Source: Candidatus Dormiibacterota bacterium
GTDB taxonomy: Bacteria; Acidobacteriota; Terriglobia; Acidiferrales; UBA7541
DNA: 32,000 bases
Assembly: GCA_035602605.1 (NCBI GenBank)
Contig: DATNLZ010000088.1
Span: forward strand, 97,339-129,338
Direction of reading: 5' to 3'
Made by a program: the position numbers and the translations under genes. Of the stretch, positions 26,636 to 32,000 are shown in pieces (position 1 is the stretch's first letter; each line of letters opens with the position of its first letter). Under the pieces are notes generated by a model that was given only the letters and a program-made list of their open reading frames with translations, did no database searches and was not told the origin of the DNA.

Positions 26636-26762
26636 GACCGATGTGCTTGCCGTTGCCCGGAGACACATTGCGGCGAACCGAAGGTTGTAGAACGTGGATG
26701 TGAAATCTGATCCGACGGTGATCTGTTGCATAAGCAGGTATTTGCTACCTCCATGCGGGACT

Positions 26763-26882
26763 TCAGCCACTCTCCTGCATCCTCGGGAGGAATCTTCTCC
26801 AGCAGCTCCTTGACGATTGAGCCGCGATCGTAATAGCCGGAGCCCCTGCTACTACCGTTTCGAAGAACTCCCGGCGTTGCAT
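26763..26882 (-). pseudogene. Stub of a Tat-exported protein gene (signal peptide only, then frame loss)
   Basis: GGAAGGAGAAAGGG lies immediately upstream of ATG 26882. The reading is MQRREFFETVVAGAPAITIAAQS, then nonsense and TGA at 26763. Protein-like strings continue in the other two frames (IVKELLEKIPPEDAGEWLKSRMEV; KYLLMQQITVGSDFTSTFYNLRF) down to about 26640. Confidence 0.3.
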
Positions 26883-26939
26883 CCCTTTCTCCTTCCTGCG
26901 GCGAATGTGGGGACACCGCACCACGCTCGATACCGGCCG

Positions 26940-29900
26940 TCAATGCGGATAGTACGGCGGCGCCGGGTCGTGGCCGGGCTTTTCCATCGCTCCGCGACGG
27001 AAGGGTTCGCCCGGCTTGGGGTCGAATGTCAGCCACGAGTGCGAATCGGCCTGCACCGCCGCCGAGCGTGGACCTTCGCCATTGCCGTTCACCGCGCTCA
27101 CCGCGTAAGAGTGGGCTGCATGGGCATCGGCGAAGTGTCGATCCCTACCGCGAAAAACCAGGCGGTCGCCTGCATAGACTCGGTATTCCGTCACACCGAG
27201 CAGTTCGCCCCAGGAGAGCGATGCCCCACCGTCGCGCAACTGAATCGACAACCCGTCCGGCGGCGTTGGCGGCCTGACGGTGACATACACGGGGTATTCC
27301 GGGCCGGGGGCGCTCTGTTGCGTACCATGCAAGGCAATCGCCCGCACGTGCACCTTCACCCCATCCGGCAGGCCGCTCAGCGTAGCCGCCGCGGTTGACC
27401 ACGTCTTCCCACCGTCGCGGCTGATCTCACAGCTGTAACCGCTGGCCCCTGCCACCCGCTCCACAATCACGCGCGCGCCGCCCGCGTTATTCTCCGTACG
27501 CAGAATGCGCGGCGCGTTGGGTACCGGATCGCCAGCGGTCATCTGCCAGCGGTGTGTGCCTGCTTTGAGCGCAATGTCGGCGCCGCCGGATGTCCGGACT
27601 ACTGTTTGGCGTTCGCCATCCACGTAAATCTCGCCGGGCGCCGGAGCGATGCGAAGGCTTGACGCATGCGGAGCGTAGTAGATTCCGGATACTTCCGCCG
27701 GCTTCCGGAAAGACGCGCCGAGGCCCAGGTCCGCGTCGGCGGTTTCGAGTGTCAGTCCTCCCGCGGCAATTCGGGAACCGTGCACCAGAGCCAATTCAGA
27801 GGAACCGTCTGGCCGCTTCCGCACCACGCCCGCTTTTCCTTCGAACACGATGTCCCCGCCGCGATACGTGACTCCGGCATTATCGCGAAAGACCTGATCC
27901 ACGCCGCCATCCACATGAACGGTCGCTCCATACGGGCGCTGCTCCACCTTCAGGTCTTGGCGGTGGCTGACGATCGCCATGGAATCTCCCAGACCGTCGT
28001 ACCAGACACCTTTCGTATCGTTGTTCAGTAAGTCGGTCCGCGTCTCGGGATTGTGCCGGCTTTGGCGCAGCATCTGGACAAATGGCATCTCCTCGTACTT
28101 GCCTACGAACCACGAAAACCGGTGCGGGATGGCTTCGTTGAACACGTCGTCAAAGGTGATGAAGTAGTCTTTCCCAACCAGCAGTATGCTGCGGCTCAGG
28201 TATTCGGGAGCGCTGTAAGGGCCGGCCGCCAGTTCGGCAAACTGTGCAACGTCCAGATTGTAGAGCGGTCGGTTGAGTGTGTTGCGGCCGACGGAACGGA
28301 ATTTGCCGTCTTTCCAGGCGCCGAAATTGGTTTGCAGATCGGTATCCTGCGTCGCACGGTCGCCGGTATCTTCCTTCCCGTTATGGCTGTAAGCCTTTCC
28401 CCGCGCATAGAAATAGATGATGCCCGTTCCGGAGTCCGGTTGGTTGCCCCAGCGATAGTTAGGTCCGTCGTCAATCTGTTGTAAGTGGATGGACAACTCA
28501 TCCGGCGTCCCGGCACCCGCGCGCAGCACAGTCCCATAACCGGTATACTTCGCGCTCGTCAAATGGGGATCGGTCCCGCGATTGTCCGGCTGGTCGAACA
28601 TCACGCGCCAGGGATCTGGCCGATCCAACGGCTGTTCCTGATCCTGATCTTCCGGTCGGGCAGCCCATAGCAGGTGCTCGGCGGTGAGCGGCGCAAATCG
28701 CTCCAGAGTCTTGCCGAGCAGCCACATGGAGCGGGGCGGCATGCGGCGCTCGGCATGCGCTCCCTGCGGCGGGTGGATGCGGCGCGGGCCATTCTCCTTG
28801 GTGACCATGCCCCATTGATGCATGTCTCTCGGGCCGCGGGCGATCTCGTCCGGCTCGCCACTAAATGGCGCCGAAAGCGCGTTCACCAGGTAGTCGCCGA
28901 GTTCCGCCAGCTCCGGCGTCGGAAACCGGTTGACGCCGTCGGACAATTCGAGCGCGTAATTCGCGCGGATCGCGGGCCGGATGAATCCCCACACGTAAGT
29001 GCCCAGGTTTTCGGTCCAGCGCCCGCCCTCCGCGTCCCAGGCCGTCACCGTGGGACGCGTATGGTAGTGTGTATTCAGTTCCATGTACTTGCGGAACAGA
29101 TCGGCCCAAGTCTTGGCCATTGGATGATCCGGGAACAGGAACGCCACCAGCGCCGGGACGCTCTTCACGTCCGAGAGGAAATTCGGATGCCCGCTGAGCA
29201 TCTGGCGCATGGGCATGTAGTCCTCGCCGGCGTGCGTGTAGGCCATCAGCAGAAGCGCCGCGGTCACACGCGCGCGTTGCCGTTCGTTGAGCTGCGACCC
29301 GAGTCGGTTGAAGCCGTCGATCCAGGATTCCTCAATTTGACGCGAAGGCACCGGGCCGAAACCGCCATTTTGACGTGTCCCGGATGAGACCAATTCCGAT
29401 AGCAACCCCGATCCCAGCACGGAGCGCTCGAGGCCCGCGGCGTCGCGAATGTTGCCCTCGCGGAAACTGATCTTCGGCTGGCGGGCCGTGACCGGGTATT
29501 CCAGCACCCAATCTTTGACTTCATTCAAGTCCAGAACGCCGTGCCGGTTTTGCAGAAACAGCATGTGCGAGGTGGGCTGAAGCCCCGTGGAGTAGCGCTT
29601 GCCATCCCGCCCGGTCACGCCCGCATGTCTCCGCGTCATGTCTTCTACCGCTTTGCGGTCGAGCGCGTGATCGTAGAAGGAAAGACAGGTGGAACGCGTT
29701 CCGGTGGCGAGAGGCCACTCCCAGTAAAACAGCCCGTCGCGCCAGAAGAAGCGCACTGCGAGGCGATCCGAGCTGTGCCAGATCGCATAGTCGCCGTCGT
29801 CCCAGCGCCCCACTTTGTCGCTGAAAACACCCAGCGCGTCGCCGGTCTTCTCATTCCAGAAATTGGCGAATGTGCCCACAACGAAGGCCGGCCATGGCTG

Positions 29901-30791
29901 ATAGGGGCCGAGGCGGAACGGCAGTTGGCCATCCTTGCCGATGCCTGGAGCCACGGAGATGTGCGTGTTCATCTGGGCGAAGTCGATTGGCTCGAACGGA
30001 TCGCCGATATCGTGTGCGGGATCATAGGGATGATTCGGCGCCTGCCGGAATTGCGGTTGGAAGCCCCTCCAGGCCGTTTCGACGCGCGCATTCTCGATCC
30101 CGTCCATTTGTTCGGACAGCTCGACGAACTCTGTCCCCGCGAGGGCGCGCACGGTCGCGGTATAGCGGCCCGTTGGCGCGAAATCATAAACAATCCGATA
30201 CGTGATGAACAGCGGGCCCGTTTCCACTCGCGAAGCAGTGATGCGGCGCACCTGAGCATCGCCCGCGTACAGGCGCGATCCACCGATCCAGCCGCCTCCG
30301 CGAGACAGTTGCATCACCGGTCCGGGCGCCTCCGCGGGAGCCGTTCGCGAAGCCGGAATCCGCACCTTGAGCACGCCCGCGTCGAGCACGATGCTGTCGT
30401 GCTCCACGGTCTCCCTGACGGCTGGCGCTGGAGTTTCCGGTGAGGCTCCAGCCTTGAGAACGAAAGTCCGCGTCGCACCGCCGGGCAGATCGGAGAAGAA
30501 GCACACCGTCGCCGATTCCAACGCGCCGCCCCGCATCTTGACGTTAGCGAGTTGAAACGGAACCGGGGCGCCGTCGCCGTCCACCAGTGTCAGGTTGGCC
30601 GGTGTGGCTCTACCCTCGAATTGAACCGGATACTCCAGGAGGGTTCGGGGCCACCAGACGAACGGGTGCTCCAGAGTATCGTGCAGCCGGAAAGTCAGTC
30701 CTGCTGAGGGGTTAAAGACGCGCGGCGCTCCGGCCCACGCGTTGGCAGCGAGAATAAGAGACACCAGGAAGCTCATTCGATTTATGTTCAT
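26940..30791 (-). CDS. Large secreted protein with two C-terminal fibronectin-III-like domains; possible polysaccharide-active enzyme, family not recognised
   Basis: The ORF is open to 31079, but a signal peptide (MNINRMSFLVSLILAANAWAGA) begins at ATG 30791 (alternative 30776). That gives about 1283 aa. The C-terminal ~200 aa have FN3-like repeats (ASGYSCEISRDGGKTWS..., PPDGLSIQLRDGGASLSWGELLGVTEYRVYAG...YAVSAVNGNGEG). The central region is helix-rich (GHPNFLSDVKSVPALVAFLFPDHPMAKTWADLF). Confidence 0.85.
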   Translation of the reverse strand: MNINRMSFLVSLILAANAWAGAPRVFNPSAGLTFRLHDTLEHPFVWWPRTLLEYPVQFEGRATPANLTLVDGDGAPVPFQLANVKMRGGALESATVCFFSDLPGGATRTFVLKAGASPETPAPAVRETVEHDSIVLDAGVLKVRIPASRTAPAEAPGPVMQLSRGGGWIGGSRLYAGDAQVRRITASRVETGPLFITYRIVYDFAPTGRYTATVRALAGTEFVELSEQMDGIENARVETAWRGFQPQFRQAPNHPYDPAHDIGDPFEPIDFAQMNTHISVAPGIGKDGQLPFRLGPYQPWPAFVVGTFANFWNEKTGDALGVFSDKVGRWDDGDYAIWHSSDRLAVRFFWRDGLFYWEWPLATGTRSTCLSFYDHALDRKAVEDMTRRHAGVTGRDGKRYSTGLQPTSHMLFLQNRHGVLDLNEVKDWVLEYPVTARQPKISFREGNIRDAAGLERSVLGSGLLSELVSSGTRQNGGFGPVPSRQIEESWIDGFNRLGSQLNERQRARVTAALLLMAYTHAGEDYMPMRQMLSGHPNFLSDVKSVPALVAFLFPDHPMAKTWADLFRKYMELNTHYHTRPTVTAWDAEGGRWTENLGTYVWGFIRPAIRANYALELSDGVNRFPTPELAELGDYLVNALSAPFSGEPDEIARGPRDMHQWGMVTKENGPRRIHPPQGAHAERRMPPRSMWLLGKTLERFAPLTAEHLLWAARPEDQDQEQPLDRPDPWRVMFDQPDNRGTDPHLTSAKYTGYGTVLRAGAGTPDELSIHLQQIDDGPNYRWGNQPDSGTGIIYFYARGKAYSHNGKEDTGDRATQDTDLQTNFGAWKDGKFRSVGRNTLNRPLYNLDVAQFAELAAGPYSAPEYLSRSILLVGKDYFITFDDVFNEAIPHRFSWFVGKYEEMPFVQMLRQSRHNPETRTDLLNNDTKGVWYDGLGDSMAIVSHRQDLKVEQRPYGATVHVDGGVDQVFRDNAGVTYRGGDIVFEGKAGVVRKRPDGSSELALVHGSRIAAGGLTLETADADLGLGASFRKPAEVSGIYYAPHASSLRIAPAPGEIYVDGERQTVVRTSGGADIALKAGTHRWQMTAGDPVPNAPRILRTENNAGGARVIVERVAGASGYSCEISRDGGKTWSTAAATLSGLPDGVKVHVRAIALHGTQQSAPGPEYPVYVTVRPPTPPDGLSIQLRDGGASLSWGELLGVTEYRVYAGDRLVFRGRDRHFADAHAAHSYAVSAVNGNGEGPRSAAVQADSHSWLTFDPKPGEPFRRGAMEKPGHDPAPPYYPH

Positions 30792-31354
30792 GGGTTTCCG
30801 AATTGGGCAAATAGGGGCCAGCTTGCGGGAACGGCCATGTCCATCAGCACGGCTGCGTGGACGTTGAAATGACGCAAGGTCAGAGAGCCTACCATTCTTC
30901 CACTGCCAGGATGCGGCGGTAGCCGCCGGAACCACGCGCACGGCGCGCGGTTTGCCAAAAGTTGCAACCACCACGTTCAGCTCTTCGATCGGATGGTTCT
31001 CATCGATGTCGGGCCGTTCATTCGGCTCCACGCGCTGGCCGTCCTTATAGGATGTAAGATCGGTCAGATGAAGGACCACCTGGTCCCCGCGCCGCCGCAG
31101 GGAGCTATGGAAGCATCGGACCAGCAGAGTTTAACCCAGGGCATGTCAAACATCTTCCATTGCCGGACGGCATTCGCGGCCCGATGAAAGACCTCAAGTC
31201 CTCTCCCGAGCTCGACGCGGTAGTGGTCGACGATGTAGCCATTCGGAGGAAGCCCTTGAGATGCCCCTACATGCGGGTAGGAGAGCTGCTGATTGCGAGC
31301 AGAGTATAGAAATGTACAGATCCAATCTGTAGATGGTTTGGTCAAGAAGAACAT
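30792..31354 (-). pseudogene. DUF1990 (UPF0548) family gene, disrupted
   Basis: From ATG 31354 the sequence reads MFFLTKPSTDWICTFLYSARNQQLSYPHVGASQGLPPNGYIVDHYRVELGRGLEVFHRAANAVRQWKMFDMPWVKL. This matches the N-terminal half of DUF1990 as I remember it. It stops at 31064 after about 96 aa. Further family-like strings appear downstream in the same frame after two more stops (RLPPHPGSG, DMAVPASWPLFAQFGNP), ending in the ATGA at the start of the next gene. Confidence 0.5.
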
Positions 31355-31513
31355 GAGTTTGTGGTGTGCCAGAACCGACGGCAACCGTTCAGTATCGCAG
31401 GAAATTGCTCGAAAGGGGTTGTCTCACGCCCCGCCATTGCGAACTATCAGTCCCAAGGCTTTTGTAGGGAACATACTAAAAATAGAGCGACGGCATCGAA
31501 CGGACTGAAGAGA

Positions 31514-31741
31514 TCAAGATATTTTCTTCACCTTGCCCACGTGAATCAATTTGCGCAACGCCGTATTGACGGACCGCTCGTCAGGGAAGTACTCAGCCAC
31601 GTCCGGTGACAAGAGCACGAGATTGGTTCCTGCTTGATAGCGCGTGGTGTACTTCCCGCGGACGCCGCCCTTCAACTTGGACAGGTCGTACTCTCGACGT
31701 AGTTCGTCAGTTAGTTTCCGTCTCTCAGTTCTCTTCTTCAT
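31514..31741 (-). CDS. BrnA-like antitoxin partner of BrnT
   Basis: The likely start is ATG 31741 (MKKRTERRKLTDELRREYDLSKLKGGVRGKY...NLVLLSPDVAEYFPDERSVNTALRKLI). It overlaps the brnT stop by 17 nt. The LKGGVRGKY ... PDVAEYF ... VNxALRxL pattern recurs in antitoxins encoded downstream of DUF497 toxins. Confidence 0.7.
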   Translation of the reverse strand: MKKRTERRKLTDELRREYDLSKLKGGVRGKYTTRYQAGTNLVLLSPDVAEYFPDERSVNTALRKLIHVGKVKKIS

Positions 31742-32000
31742 AATGTTTTCGCTCGCGCAGCGTCGTCTTGCGGGCGCTGATAATCCTGATGTTCTCGCCG
31801 CGATCGGAATGGGCCACAATCAAAACCTGACCTTCCCTCGACATTCCAAGTGTGATGAACCGCTCTTCCGAGATCGAATGATCCGGGTCATGATAGGTTA
31901 CCGCCAACGGGTCGGAAAAAACCGTAGCAGCCTCATGGAATGAAACCCTGTGGATTCTGCGATTCTGCGTTGCTTTGTCGGGGTCCCATTCAAAATTCAC
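31725..32000 (-). CDS. brnT: BrnT (DUF497) family toxin; start at or beyond the window edge
   Basis: NFEWDPDKATQNRRIHRVSFHEAATVFSDPLAVTYHDPDHS..ERFITLGMS..GQVLIVAHSDRGENIRIISARKTT is the BrnT signature. A GTG sits at 31998-32000, the last bases of the window. Confidence 0.8.
   Translation of the reverse strand: MNFEWDPDKATQNRRIHRVSFHEAATVFSDPLAVTYHDPDHSISEERFITLGMSREGQVLIVAHSDRGENIRIISARKTTLRERKHYEEEN

Noticed and set aside
29541-30443. Long antisense ORFs opposite real genes. Examples: 29541-30443 (+, 300 aa), 28674-29387 (+), 14983-15726 (-), 21620-22303 (-), 23726-24367 (-), 9685-10305 (+) and 17409-17966 (-).
   Set aside because: They are Arg/Pro/Gly-rich low-complexity translations, typical of the antisense strand of GC-rich coding DNA. 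Each is fully nested in a gene with strong family motifs on the other strand, and none has an RBS or a recognisable domain.
1-32000. Scan for CRISPR arrays, rRNA, IS elements/transposases, integrases, and long direct or inverted DNA repeats.
   Set aside because: None was found by eye. The only repeated DNA motifs are the short regulatory-scale repeats listed above. The paralogous gene pairs (two ADOP, two vapC) are diverged at the DNA level.

Overview
32-kb chromosomal window, most likely from an Acidobacteriota genome. The basis is two ADOP-type duplicated MacB/FtsX 'orphan' permeases plus the acidobacterial PadR regulator, and GC in the mid/upper 50s by eye. All family calls come from motif recognition in the supplied translations; no searches were run.

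Gene order:
- A partial small Cys-rich exported ORF.
- A cusC-cusB-cusA-type Cu(I)/Ag(I) RND efflux operon. CusA keeps the Met triad, and the adaptor carries an extra Met-rich YtkA/FixH-like domain.
- A secreted Asp-box (BNR) beta-propeller protein.
- 722 bp of fragment-bearing non-coding DNA.
- On the minus strand, a stand-alone 1134-aa fusion of a Cas4-like nuclease, an RNase-H-fold domain and an SF1 helicase.
- vapBC module 1.
- A broken wHTH/TPR regulator.
- A secreted SBP56 (selenium-binding/methanethiol-oxidase)-like propeller.
- vapBC module 2 (AbrB-type antitoxin).
- A putative outer-membrane beta-barrel protein.
- ADOP permease 1 (minus strand), divergent from a padR-ADOP permease 2 operon that has a near-consensus promoter.
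- A 2.7-kb block of gene wreckage: an SDR with an internal deletion, a carboxylesterase N-terminus with a nonsense codon fused to an EamA C-terminal half, and a Tat-signal stub.
- A 1283-aa secreted protein with two C-terminal FN3 domains.
- A broken DUF1990 gene.
- A brnTA-like toxin-antitoxin pair at the window edge.

No rRNA, convincing tRNA, CRISPR array, transposase or integrase was found.

Most notable observations:
- The orphan three-enzyme nuclease-helicase gene next to TA modules is a candidate single-gene defence or repair system.
- At least five genes carry internal deletions or frameshifts, while all ORFs of 2.4 kb or longer are intact.
- The copper efflux operon has two unusual accessories: a Cys-rich small protein and a CusB-YtkA fusion.
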